Source: Candidatus Zixiibacteriota bacterium (GTDB taxonomy: Bacteria > Zixibacteria > MSB-5A5 > UBA10806 > 4484-95). From it: a stretch of 64,000 nucleotides of DNA. Both the position numbers and the translations under genes were made by a program. The stretch covers positions 224,001 to 288,000 of the forward strand of contig JBBIRK010000002.1 in NCBI GenBank assembly GCA_037441845.1. Direction: 5' to 3'. The notes under the pieces are model-generated. The model ran no database searches. It saw only the letters and a list, made by a program, of their open reading frames with translations, and was not told the origin of the DNA. Every line of letters begins with the position of its first letter. Position 1 is the first letter of the stretch. Shown here one piece after another: positions 1 through 9,419 of the stretch.

Positions 1-71
1 AAAATGAAAATTGATTTCGCAATATCAAGTAATGATTGAAAATTAAAAAGAGACGATACGGTTGTTTCGGC

Positions 72-899
72 TCACCGGCCTTGCCCGGCCAGCATCAAGA
101 GCCGTTCGTGAGAACAGCCGCCCACGAGATAGTATTCGCTTCCGTCTTTATGCCAGGAGATATATTTCGTCTTGCCATGTCCGCCCCGGCGATACAGGTA
201 TTCCCCACAGGCGATCGCAAACGTTCCCCCGGCCGAACGACACATCCCGGGCACCATAAAAAGCATATATTGGGCCGAATCGGCTGCGTAAATCGCGCAG
301 GTGGATTTCCCATCGCCCAATTCCAACACGCAGGCGCCCGTTAATTCTATGCCGGGTCCGAAATCGCCCGGCACGTTTACTCGTTGCCCGAGCTTCCGGA
401 AAAAAAACTCTCCTGCCTCGTGAGGATTATTCGTTCTCACCCCGTCGTCGGGAAACTCCTGCCGGTACTCCTCATATTCGTGCAAGATATCCAAAGCCGG
501 ATCGGAATTGCCGCCGAAATGACGACTGCGTGCGGCGAATACGAAAAACACGATCGCTGCCGCCATAGTAATCACACCTGCCAAACCAACCCGGTCGTTG
601 AAAAACCGATCGAGAAAAACCCGCCCCGATATTCCTCCCGCGGCGTAGGCGTTATCCAAAGCATCGATAACCCTTTCGCGCAGTTTCACCGGAGCCGACC
701 CGCGATTCACCGCTTCGGCGACTTTTTCCTTAAGATTCGCCAATCCCCAAAAAGCCGATTCGCAATTGGGACAGCGGCCAAGATGGTCGTCCACGAAACG
801 CCGCCGATACTCCGACAGCTCATCATCGAGGCGCAGGTGCAAAAGCCTTTCATCGAAAAGACATTCCGAATAGCTATCTTTCCCGGTCTCCTCGATCAT
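72..899 (-). CDS. Zinc-binding (ZAS/zf-HC2) transmembrane anti-sigma factor
   Basis: N-terminal DHLGRCPNC (HxxxCxxC), one hydrophobic segment (VGLAGVITMAAAIVFFVFAA), C-terminal extracytoplasmic domain. Confidence 0.75.
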   Translation of the reverse strand: MIEETGKDSYSECLFDERLLHLRLDDELSEYRRRFVDDHLGRCPNCESAFWGLANLKEKVAEAVNRGSAPVKLRERVIDALDNAYAAGGISGRVFLDRFFNDRVGLAGVITMAAAIVFFVFAARSRHFGGNSDPALDILHEYEEYRQEFPDDGVRTNNPHEAGEFFFRKLGQRVNVPGDFGPGIELTGACVLELGDGKSTCAIYAADSAQYMLFMVPGMCRSAGGTFAIACGEYLYRRGGHGKTKYISWHKDGSEYYLVGGCSHERLLMLAGQGR

Positions 900-930
900 A
901 TCCTTTTCCCGATACCGCTCGAACGCTCCC

Positions 931-1656
931 TCATCCGAAATTCAGCCAGGGAAACCAATCCGACAAGACCGCCGACAAATATCCGAGCGATCCGCTGAAA
1001 ATCAACACGCCTATTGCTATGAGCAGCACGCCGCCGGTTATTTCCACCGCACGGAAATGCTTCTTAATCACCGTGGAGACTGAGGCGAAAGCGTTGAACG
1101 CCATCGCCGTGAGCAAAAACGGTATCGCCAGCCCCGCCGAATAAAACGCCAGAAGCAGAATTCCTCTGCCGACCGTCTCTTCGGCAGCCGCCAGCGCCAA
1201 GATCGCCGCCAGAATCGGTCCGATACAAGGAGTCCAACCGAACGCGAAAGCGAACCCCATGAAAAACGAACCGATCAGCCCTATTTTTTTTGATCCTATA
1301 TGAATTCTTTTCTCGTAATTGAGCCATTTGAATCTATAAAGACCCAGAAAATGAATTCCCAGTATGATTATCAATATCCCGCCGATCTTGCTGATTATCC
1401 CCGAATAATCCCGCAGAATCGAGGAAACGAACGTGGCCGAGGCCCCCAGCGCGATAAACACCACCGAAAACCCGAGCACGAACAGAAGCGAATTAAGCAG
1501 CACCTGCCGGTTTATCCTGCGCTCTTGATTCCGCAGCTCCTCGATCGTCAAGCCCGATATGAACGATAGATAACCCGGAACTATCGGCAACACGCACGGT
1601 GAAATGAACGACAAAATCCCCGCTCCGAATGCAGTTATAAGGCTGACATCCCCCAT
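931..1656 (-). CDS. ccdA: Cytochrome c biogenesis / thiol-disulfide transporter CcdA
   Basis: SFISPCVLP and GWTPCIGP motifs, about six TM segments; GGGAG SD upstream. Confidence 0.93.
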   Translation of the reverse strand: MGDVSLITAFGAGILSFISPCVLPIVPGYLSFISGLTIEELRNQERRINRQVLLNSLLFVLGFSVVFIALGASATFVSSILRDYSGIISKIGGILIIILGIHFLGLYRFKWLNYEKRIHIGSKKIGLIGSFFMGFAFAFGWTPCIGPILAAILALAAAEETVGRGILLLAFYSAGLAIPFLLTAMAFNAFASVSTVIKKHFRAVEITGGVLLIAIGVLIFSGSLGYLSAVLSDWFPWLNFG

Positions 1657-1785
1657 ATTTCTCCCTTCGCAATTATGTTAAACGCCATGCCGTCCGCAGT
1701 CAGTTCCGCCATATGAATAATAATCGCCCTATATATAGCACTTCTCCGATTGGAAAAACAAATAAATGATGTCGGTCGCCTGCGG

Positions 1786-2808
1786 CTATGGTCGGATCAC
1801 CGAGCTTATTATTTGTTTGATTTCTTCGACCGATAGTTTTTCGATAATTTTTCGGGCGAGCTTCTCCGAAATCGCCTCGGCCAACCGGTCGATATCGGCG
1901 CCGACCCGGTCCGCCGTTTTCTCTTTCGGAATCAACCCGGCGTCCCTCTTGAATTCATCGAGAAACTCCCTATACTTCCCTTCATCTTCCGAAACGGATA
2001 ATCCGATATCGCCATAAGACATCGGCGGCGGGACGGAAGCCTGAACCGCGGGCCCCGCCTGCGGCGGAACCGCCGGCGTCTCCTCCGGTTTCGATTTTTC
2101 TATCTCCCGTTTCATTTCGTCGATAAACCAGCTGTAATCTTCCGGCACGTTTCGTTTGGCGGCAGGCCGCGTGACATCGGGGTTGGTCAGACCGTATTGG
2201 TCCGATTCTATCATCAAACTCGAATCGTCGAGATTGATTTTCCGCGACGCCTCTCTGAAATCCGCGGATTTATCCGTCAACGATTCCCAATCGAGATTGA
2301 AAGGCGCACCCATTTGTTTCTCCTTATCCGGAATATCTCTGGCGAAATCGGCTTGATTTTGCGATTGCTCCGCATCGGCCTTTTTCAGTCGCGGGCCGTC
2401 TTCGCTTTCCTGATCCACTATCCGGGTGACCCGCAACGAATCGGAAACGCCCAAAAATCTTTGCACGGCCCCGAGTAATTCTCCGGCCGCGAAAGGCTTG
2501 TTGATCTTCCCCCGGGCGCCGCAAAGATTGATTTTATCCAAATACGCTTCGTCTTTCTGCCCGACCAAAAACAGCACCGGTATCCCACCGGTCAAAGGAT
2601 CATGGTTTAATTTCTTGCATAATTCGATACCGTCCATTCCGGGCAGACCGAGACCGCTGATTATCAAGTCGGGTTGCTCGGTCCTGGCGAATTCAGCAGC
2701 CGTAAGACCGTCGTCAATACAAGTTACGTCGTAGCCGCCCTGCCGCAAAATCGAATCGGCCATACCCGCCAGCGTAGCCGATGACTCCACGATCATGATT
2801 TTTTTCAT
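1786..2808 (-). CDS. Response-regulator receiver-like protein (pseudo-receiver) with low-complexity acidic C-terminal region
   Basis: CheY-like N-terminus (KIMIVE...PDLIISGLGLPGMDG...KPF); phosphoacceptor Asp absent; start placed at ATG 2808 (ORF track starts at 2829). Confidence 0.75.
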   Translation of the reverse strand: MKKIMIVESSATLAGMADSILRQGGYDVTCIDDGLTAAEFARTEQPDLIISGLGLPGMDGIELCKKLNHDPLTGGIPVLFLVGQKDEAYLDKINLCGARGKINKPFAAGELLGAVQRFLGVSDSLRVTRIVDQESEDGPRLKKADAEQSQNQADFARDIPDKEKQMGAPFNLDWESLTDKSADFREASRKINLDDSSLMIESDQYGLTNPDVTRPAAKRNVPEDYSWFIDEMKREIEKSKPEETPAVPPQAGPAVQASVPPPMSYGDIGLSVSEDEGKYREFLDEFKRDAGLIPKEKTADRVGADIDRLAEAISEKLARKIIEKLSVEEIKQIISSVIRP

Positions 2809-2868
2809 TTTCCGGCCACCTTCCATCAACCGATCGTCCGCCGACAGACTTTTCGGCGGCGCCGACTT

Positions 2869-3663
2869 TCATTTCTTGGCCAGCCGATTCGAGGCTTCTT
2901 CGAGCACCTTTTTTTCGTGGCGCGTCAAGTTATCGTAACCGACTTTGTTGATCTTATCCAAAATGGCGTCGACTTCTTCCATCAGGCGGTGTTCCTTTTC
3001 CACCTCGCGCCAGTGCCGTTCCATTTTCTTGCGATTGAAATAGCGCCTTATTCCCGAACCGAACCCGCCCAGCCGCCAGCCGCTTTTCAAATAAAGATAA
3101 CCCACCAGCATTCCGCCCAGATGGGCGAAATGCGCCACATGGCTGTTGGGATTCATCGATAAAATGAACTCCAGCACCGCCATACCGATAACCATGTATT
3201 TGGCGGGAACCGGTATCAGAAAATACAAATAAATCAATCTATCCGGGTAGGTGATCGCGAACGCGGCCAGAATACCGTATATCGCTCCCGATGCGCCCAC
3301 TATGGGGATCGTCGAGTTCGGCTGAAACGCCACGTTGAACAAACCGCCGCCGACACCGCAAATCAGGTAATACTTCAAAAAGGCTCCGCTTCCCCATTCC
3401 CGCTCCAGATCCGATCCGAACATCCATAGAATGAACATGTTCATCAGTATATGCATCAAGCCGCCGTGAAGAAACATATAGGTGAAAAGCTGCCAGACGA
3501 AAAACTTGCTCCAGACCAATCGGGGAACCAGCCCGAGCAGCACGCTGAAATCGATCGGAGACAGCAACAGCAAAAGGTAAACTGCCGCATTAGCCAAAAG
3601 CAATGTTTTGACCACCGGCGGCACCAGGCCATAGCCCGATGAATATCCTCTGAAACCATTCAT
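2869..3663 (-). CDS. Rhomboid family intramembrane serine protease with C-terminal soluble tail
   Basis: HILMNM, catalytic GASG, AHFAHLGG; tail VDAILDKINKVGYDNLT. Confidence 0.92.
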   Translation of the reverse strand: MNGFRGYSSGYGLVPPVVKTLLLANAAVYLLLLLSPIDFSVLLGLVPRLVWSKFFVWQLFTYMFLHGGLMHILMNMFILWMFGSDLEREWGSGAFLKYYLICGVGGGLFNVAFQPNSTIPIVGASGAIYGILAAFAITYPDRLIYLYFLIPVPAKYMVIGMAVLEFILSMNPNSHVAHFAHLGGMLVGYLYLKSGWRLGGFGSGIRRYFNRKKMERHWREVEKEHRLMEEVDAILDKINKVGYDNLTRHEKKVLEEASNRLAKK

Positions 3664-3683
3664 AAAATTTATCGCCCTATCGG

Positions 3684-4130
3684 CTACTTATGAATCGCCC
3701 ACTTATAACTTAGGCGGCACGATTTCTCGAGCATCGCCGCCACCGAACAATATTTTTCCAGCGAAAGATCCACCGCCCAGCGGACTTCCTCATCCTCCAC
3801 ATCGGGACTCCAAAGATCGAACATTATATTCACCGCTTCCAGAACCTGCGGTGGGTTTGAGGCGCGTTCGCCGTGCAGCGTTATCGTCAAATCGTCGATC
3901 GTGCGCCTTTTCCTTCCCAAAATCGTCACCAGGTCCATGCCGATACACCCGCCCAACGCGGCAAGCACCGCCTCCATCGGCCTGGCCCCCTGATTCTGCC
4001 CGCCATGCTCCACCGCCGCGTCGAACACCAATTTATTACCCGAACCGGTCTTGGCGGTGAATTTCAATCCCTTGTTCCAGCTCAATTCGGCATCGACAAG
4101 TTTCGGAATCTTGACATATATACCCTTCAC
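3684..4130 (-). CDS. OsmC/YhfA family protein
   Basis: GARPME...LGGC and SLEKYCSV motifs; GTG start at 4130 after AGGAG SD. Confidence 0.88.
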   Translation of the reverse strand: MKGIYVKIPKLVDAELSWNKGLKFTAKTGSGNKLVFDAAVEHGGQNQGARPMEAVLAALGGCIGMDLVTILGRKRRTIDDLTITLHGERASNPPQVLEAVNIMFDLWSPDVEDEEVRWAVDLSLEKYCSVAAMLEKSCRLSYKWAIHK

Positions 4131-4296
4131 GCTCGCTCCTATCCTGTTTGACGCCAATATATACCATCGGCAGAAATGCCGCAAGCTTTTCCACGATCAC
4201 CGATTATCTTCGGATTTGACACAAAACGCCCGCCGAAAACCCCATCAATTCGATATCCGGCGGGCGAAATAAGTTAATATAATCGTCTATCGGTCT

Positions 4297-4713
4297 TCAA
4301 GTTCCGACCAATTTCAGATGCTCTTTCAGCATGCACCGATCCATCACCACCCGGATACCGGCCTGATCGGCTTTCCGAGCCGCGGCAAAATTAACCACAC
4401 CCTCCTGAAACCAAATCACCGATGCGCCGATTTTCTTGGCTTCATCCACTATCGGCTCCACCGTATCCGCCCTGCGAAATATATCGACGACATCGACTTT
4501 TCCGGGCACCGATAATAAGTCAGGATACGACTTTTCGCCGAGGATCTCCGCGGCATTGGGATTCACCGGCACGATCTTGAACCCCACCTTTTGCAGATAT
4601 TGCGCCACTCTGAACGATGGCCTATCCGATTTATCGGAAAGTCCCACCACGGCGATACGATTCCCCGGCCTTAAAGCCTCTCGTATATCTTCCCCCCGAG
4701 CGTAATCGGTCAT
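4297..4713 (-). CDS. CoA-binding protein (YccU family)
   Basis: IAVVGLS, PVNP, VDVVDIFR, WFQEG, VMDRC motifs. Confidence 0.92.
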   Translation of the reverse strand: MTDYARGEDIREALRPGNRIAVVGLSDKSDRPSFRVAQYLQKVGFKIVPVNPNAAEILGEKSYPDLLSVPGKVDVVDIFRRADTVEPIVDEAKKIGASVIWFQEGVVNFAAARKADQAGIRVVMDRCMLKEHLKLVGT

Positions 4714-5051
4714 GATTGCAATACTTTATCGATATGCTTGACGAGTTCTTTTTTCGGAGCGGCGCCCACCATCGTGGATATCACCTCGCCGTTCTTGAAA
4801 AACATCACCGTCGGAATCGATAGAATGCGATAGCGCTGGGCTATCGATCCGTAGGCATCGACATCCAGTTTGCCGACTTTCAACTTGCCGCTGTATTCGG
4901 TGGCAATTTCCTTCACTATGGGCGCGATCATTTTGCACGGTCCGCACCATTCGGCCCAGAAATCTATCATCACCGGCACATTCGATTTCAATACTTCCGT
5001 TTCGAAATTTTGATCGGTGATTGTCAGTAAGTCATTCGATGTTTCAGCCAT
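4710..5051 (-). CDS. trxA: Thioredoxin
   Basis: WAEWCGPCK active site; ATG 5051 with GAGGAG SD. Confidence 0.96.
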   Translation of the reverse strand: MAETSNDLLTITDQNFETEVLKSNVPVMIDFWAEWCGPCKMIAPIVKEIATEYSGKLKVGKLDVDAYGSIAQRYRILSIPTVMFFKNGEVISTMVGAAPKKELVKHIDKVLQS

Positions 5052-5109
5052 TGCTTTTCTCCTCACCAAAAAATTGACTATTGCTTTTCCCTAATAACGG
5101 CAGGATAAG

Positions 5110-6150
5110 TCAAACGGTTCCTGATCGATTTTTCGCTTCGAGTTCGGCGATTTTACGCTCGAGGTCGCGGATCCGCTGAATATACTGGGGAAGATTACTG
5201 ATTATGGCCTCGATCCGGTGCGCCGTCAACATCTCCCGGGCCGGGTAGCCGAACACTTTCGTTCCCGGCGGAATATCCCCGTGAACCCCCGATTGAGCCT
5301 CGACCAGCGCCCCGTCCCCGATCGTCAAATGACCGGCGATCCCAACCTGTCCTGCAAGCGTGACTCCACGGCCCAAAATACTGGTGCCTGCAAGTCCGGC
5401 TTGCGCACAAATAATGCTTCCCGCCCCGATACGGCAATTATGCGCTATCTGCACCAGGTTGTCGATTATGCAACCGGTGCCTATACGGGTTTCGCCGATA
5501 GTGGCGCGATCTATAGTGGTGCAAGCACCTATCTCCACGTCGTCCTCGATCACCACGGTCCCGGCTTGAGGAATTTTAACGAATCCGTTCTTGCTTCGCG
5601 CATAGCCGAAACCATCGGAACCGATGACCGCTCCGGCGTAAATAACCACTCGATTCCCTATCACCACATTGTGCATTATGACCGCGTTGGGATAGATAAA
5701 ACAATCGTCGCCTATAACTGCGTTGTCGCCTATATACACCCCGGCGTGAATCACGCACCGCTTGCCGATCCGCGATTTCATGCCCACCACGGCGTTCGGC
5801 CCTATATAAACATCCGTGGCGATTTCGGCCGATGCGTCGATCCGCGTGCCCGCCTGTATCCCCGATGGCGGCCGTCGATGATCCGGATAGAACAAACGCA
5901 TTGCCAGAGCGAATCCGAGATACGGGTCGTCCATCACCAGAAGACTGTGTTTCGGCGATTCCAAACCCGGCGGAACGATCAGCGCCGCGCAAGGACATTC
6001 ATCGATCTTTTTCTTGTATTTCCTGCTGGAAACAAACGACAGCGTTCCGGGCTTCGGATCGTCCAACGTCGAAAGATCGGCGATATCGATATCCCCGCCT
6101 TGCATCCGTGCGCCGATTTTTTCGGCTATTTGCGACAGCTTCAAAATCAT
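5110..6150 (-). CDS. lpxD: UDP-3-O-acyl-glucosamine N-acyltransferase
   Basis: Hexapeptide repeats, [22 protein letters not shown]; follows skp and bamA. Confidence 0.96.
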   Translation of the reverse strand: MILKLSQIAEKIGARMQGGDIDIADLSTLDDPKPGTLSFVSSRKYKKKIDECPCAALIVPPGLESPKHSLLVMDDPYLGFALAMRLFYPDHRRPPSGIQAGTRIDASAEIATDVYIGPNAVVGMKSRIGKRCVIHAGVYIGDNAVIGDDCFIYPNAVIMHNVVIGNRVVIYAGAVIGSDGFGYARSKNGFVKIPQAGTVVIEDDVEIGACTTIDRATIGETRIGTGCIIDNLVQIAHNCRIGAGSIICAQAGLAGTSILGRGVTLAGQVGIAGHLTIGDGALVEAQSGVHGDIPPGTKVFGYPAREMLTAHRIEAIISNLPQYIQRIRDLERKIAELEAKNRSGTV

Positions 6151-6671
6151 TTCTGCTGTTCTGCCATCTCCGCCAACACTTCATCGGTGAGATCCAGACT
6201 CTTCTTGGCATAGGCGATATTCACCGTGCCGGCATCCAGAACTATACTGTAATTATTTTCAATCGCCACCTTCTCGATAATCTCGAGAATTTTATCGCGG
6301 ATAGGTTTGGACAGCTCGGCCATTCGCTTTTCCGCTTTGCCGTCTGCTCCGAACGTGGCATTGAGAAATTGATTGAGCGTATCCTGCTTGCTTGCCAAAG
6401 CCTGTTCCTTTTCCTTCTTTTTCTCAGCAGAGAGAATCAAGGATTGGCCTTCCAGCTCTTTTTGCATCGTCTCGATTTCTTTGCGCATCTGTTCGGCTTG
6501 AGCGTTCCAAGCCTCGAGCTCTTTGTCGAACTTGGCCTGGGCGTCCCGATACTCCTGCGATTGCGCGAATATCCTCTGCGAATCGATATAGCCTATCTTG
6601 ACTTCCTGAGCGTTCGCCAGAGCGCCCAAAACTACGACAGAAAACAACAAAGTCAGTTTTCTCATTTTCAC
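6147..6671 (-). CDS. skp: Skp/OmpH periplasmic chaperone
   Basis: Signal peptide, KIGYIDSQ, coiled coil, DLTDEVL; bamA-skp-lpxD synteny. Confidence 0.92.
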   Translation of the reverse strand: MKMRKLTLLFSVVVLGALANAQEVKIGYIDSQRIFAQSQEYRDAQAKFDKELEAWNAQAEQMRKEIETMQKELEGQSLILSAEKKKEKEQALASKQDTLNQFLNATFGADGKAEKRMAELSKPIRDKILEIIEKVAIENNYSIVLDAGTVNIAYAKKSLDLTDEVLAEMAEQQK

Positions 6672-6674
6672 TCC

Positions 6675-8975
6675 TTAAAATCCTCTGCCTATCTGGAAAT
6701 GAGGCCTTAATTTCCCCTTGTCTTCGCCATCGAATGCAAAGCCGAAATCAAATCCGATCACCCCGATCATCGGAGCCACCACCCGGAAACCGAATCCGGC
6801 CGATTTGTAAAAATGCCGGTAAAAATTATCCTTGAACTCCCTGCCCGATAAATAGGCGTTGCCGGCGTCGGCGAAAAGCAACACGTAAAATTGCTGTTCC
6901 GATATCGGAACGGTCAGCTCCAAATTATAAATCGCTTCGGCCCGGCCCCCAAGATAACCGCCGCTGGGCGAACGCGGCCCGATCCGCGAGTCGGAATAAC
7001 CTCGGATAATTCCGTCGGGATCGGTTCCCCCGGGCGTGAATCTTTCCGAAAAAGGCACGTCGCTGTCGCCGTTGTAAATCCCCTCCATCAAACCCCATTT
7101 TCCTTTCGCTCCCAGCGTGAATTTCCAAAAAGGAGTGTAATAGTATTCGACCAACAACATCTGTTTCCAGTAATTCCAGTTGCCGCCCAGAACCGTCCCC
7201 GCAAGTTCGCCGGTCCAAGCATAAACCTTGCCTTCGGTGGCGAACTGGGCTAAATCCCGCGAATCTCTCTCGATCGTAAGGCTAAGCGACGATGTCCGCT
7301 GCGGCCATTTCAGCTTATTTACGCTGTACGGATTATCGATATTGGCCGTTATATATGCCGAATTGAAATCGAAATACCGAAGCTGCTCCAACCTATAACT
7401 GGCATAGACGCGGAAATAATTATCCGGCCAGCGCAATCGCCGCCCCACCTTCACGCTGCCGCCTTTCCGCGACTCGGTGAACCAGCCGGAATACTCCCTG
7501 TCCTGAAGATAAGCGTTGACTCCCAGCGATGTCGGTGTATCCAGCAGCCAAGGTTCAAAATATCCCACGCTGAATGTCTGGCGGCGCGCACCGAAATCGG
7601 CATCCAGCGAAACCGTCTGCCCGCCGCCCAGAAAATTCGGGATTCCCACTCCCACGGTACCGACCAGATGATCCTGCGCCGAATATCCCGCACCCAGTGA
7701 AAACTGCCCGGTCGGCTTCTCCTCCACCTTTATGATTAGATCGATATTCCCGTCATCGAGCACGTTCCAGTCGGGAACCACGTTGCCGAAAAAATTGAGA
7801 ATCATGACATCGCGCAATGACCGAGTGAGAATCGACCGCTTGAACACCGTTTCCGGCTTGATCTTCAATTCCCGTCGGATAACCTTGTCTTTGGTCTTGG
7901 TGTTTCCCTCGATATTGATCAATTTGACATATACCGGGTTGTTCTCGGTGATCGACAGCTCCAAATCCAGATGGTGGTCGCGAGGCGATTTATTTTCCTT
8001 GATATTGACATACCAGTATCCCTCGTTCTGATACTGCTCATAAATTCCGGCGATCGTCTTATCGTAATCTTCCTGCTTATATACCCGGTTTTCCTTAATC
8101 TTAATCGCCGAGGCCATCTTGTCATCGGATAGAACCGAATTCCCGCTCCAGCTCGTCCGCCCGAAATAATATCTCTCTCCTTCCGAAACGCGGATATTTA
8201 TGAACATCTGCCGGCGGTCGGCCGAATACCAGATCGAATCCCCCAATACCACCGCATCGATATATCCTTCGTTCTTGTAAAATTCGACCAGCTTCTGCCT
8301 GTCCTCCCGGAATTTGTTGCTCTCGAACGAGCCGGAACGAAAAAACGATTTGCGTTTGGTGGAAATTTGGGAACGCAGCTTGTCGTCACTGAAAACTTGA
8401 TTGCCGCTGAAAGTGATATTTTTGATCTTAACTTTGGGCCCCTCGTCGATCCGAAAAGTCAGGATCGCCTTCCTGCCGTCTTTCGGGTCGGGCTCAAACG
8501 ATGATGCCACCTCGGCCAAAAGAAACCCCTTGCTTTCATAAAGCCTACGGATTTTTTCGACATTGGTCTTGATAGCCCCGGGCGAGGCGATCCGATCCTC
8601 GTAAATGGTGAGCTCCTTTTTCAAATTTTTCGTGCTCAGCCGCGAATTCCCTTGGAAATTGACTTTCGACAAACGCGGGTATGGCTCGGCCTCTATCCGC
8701 AGATTCACCCGACTTCCGGATTTCTCCGCCAGAATCGAAACGTCGGCGAAAATTCCGAGCGAGTAGATCCTCCTGACTGCATCCTGAAGCTTATCCGCGG
8801 TCAGGATATCTCCGGGAATGAGGCCGGATGAATTAAGCACGAGGAAACTATCTGCGGCCGCGGTCGGAGATAATTCAACCCGGCCGATCGCCAAGCCCAA
8901 ATAATCAGCGAGCTCCGCTTGCGACCCGGCTGCCAATAAGACAACGCTGATTATGGCCAGAAAAAATTTGACCAT
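6675..8975 (-). CDS. bamA: Outer membrane protein assembly factor BamA
   Basis: Signal peptide, POTRA repeats (GNTKTKDKVIRRE), IRGY motif, C-terminal Phe. Confidence 0.95.
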   Translation of the reverse strand: MVKFFLAIISVVLLAAGSQAELADYLGLAIGRVELSPTAAADSFLVLNSSGLIPGDILTADKLQDAVRRIYSLGIFADVSILAEKSGSRVNLRIEAEPYPRLSKVNFQGNSRLSTKNLKKELTIYEDRIASPGAIKTNVEKIRRLYESKGFLLAEVASSFEPDPKDGRKAILTFRIDEGPKVKIKNITFSGNQVFSDDKLRSQISTKRKSFFRSGSFESNKFREDRQKLVEFYKNEGYIDAVVLGDSIWYSADRRQMFINIRVSEGERYYFGRTSWSGNSVLSDDKMASAIKIKENRVYKQEDYDKTIAGIYEQYQNEGYWYVNIKENKSPRDHHLDLELSITENNPVYVKLINIEGNTKTKDKVIRRELKIKPETVFKRSILTRSLRDVMILNFFGNVVPDWNVLDDGNIDLIIKVEEKPTGQFSLGAGYSAQDHLVGTVGVGIPNFLGGGQTVSLDADFGARRQTFSVGYFEPWLLDTPTSLGVNAYLQDREYSGWFTESRKGGSVKVGRRLRWPDNYFRVYASYRLEQLRYFDFNSAYITANIDNPYSVNKLKWPQRTSSLSLTIERDSRDLAQFATEGKVYAWTGELAGTVLGGNWNYWKQMLLVEYYYTPFWKFTLGAKGKWGLMEGIYNGDSDVPFSERFTPGGTDPDGIIRGYSDSRIGPRSPSGGYLGGRAEAIYNLELTVPISEQQFYVLLFADAGNAYLSGREFKDNFYRHFYKSAGFGFRVVAPMIGVIGFDFGFAFDGEDKGKLRPHFQIGRGF

Positions 8976-8978
8976 ACG

Positions 8979-9290
8979 TCAGACGGAAATCGCCAGTATC
9001 TTCAGCTCGGTGAAATCCTGCCGGTGACCCTTGGTCTTGCGGTATTTGCGGCGCCTTTTGAACTTGAACACCGTTATCTTTTCCCCTTTGCCATGGCCGA
9101 TTATTTCAGCGTTGACTTTGGCGCCTTCCACGTACGGCTTGCCCAGCAGGAACCGGTCGCCTCCGCTTATCAGCAACACCCGATCTATATCGATCTTGCT
9201 GCCGGCATCGCCCGCGAGTTTCGGCACCCGCACGATACCACCTTGCTCGACTGGAAATTGGAACCCGCCCGTTTCGATAATCGCTTTCAT
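8979..9290 (-). CDS. rplU: 50S ribosomal protein L21
   Basis: AIIETGG, GKPYVEGAKV, KFKRRRKYRKTKGHRQ; AAGGAG SD. Confidence 0.97.
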   Translation of the reverse strand: MKAIIETGGFQFPVEQGGIVRVPKLAGDAGSKIDIDRVLLISGGDRFLLGKPYVEGAKVNAEIIGHGKGEKITVFKFKRRRKYRKTKGHRQDFTELKILAISV

Positions 9291-9419
9291 TTCAATCTCC
9301 TTACCAAAATCAATTAATAAACTTTCGACCCGCCCTCGGTCAAGTCATTCTTTGCCGCCCGATAACAATTATATACCGCCAACTCTCCTCTTTGTTGCCC
9401 GACGCATGTCCCTTTATCC

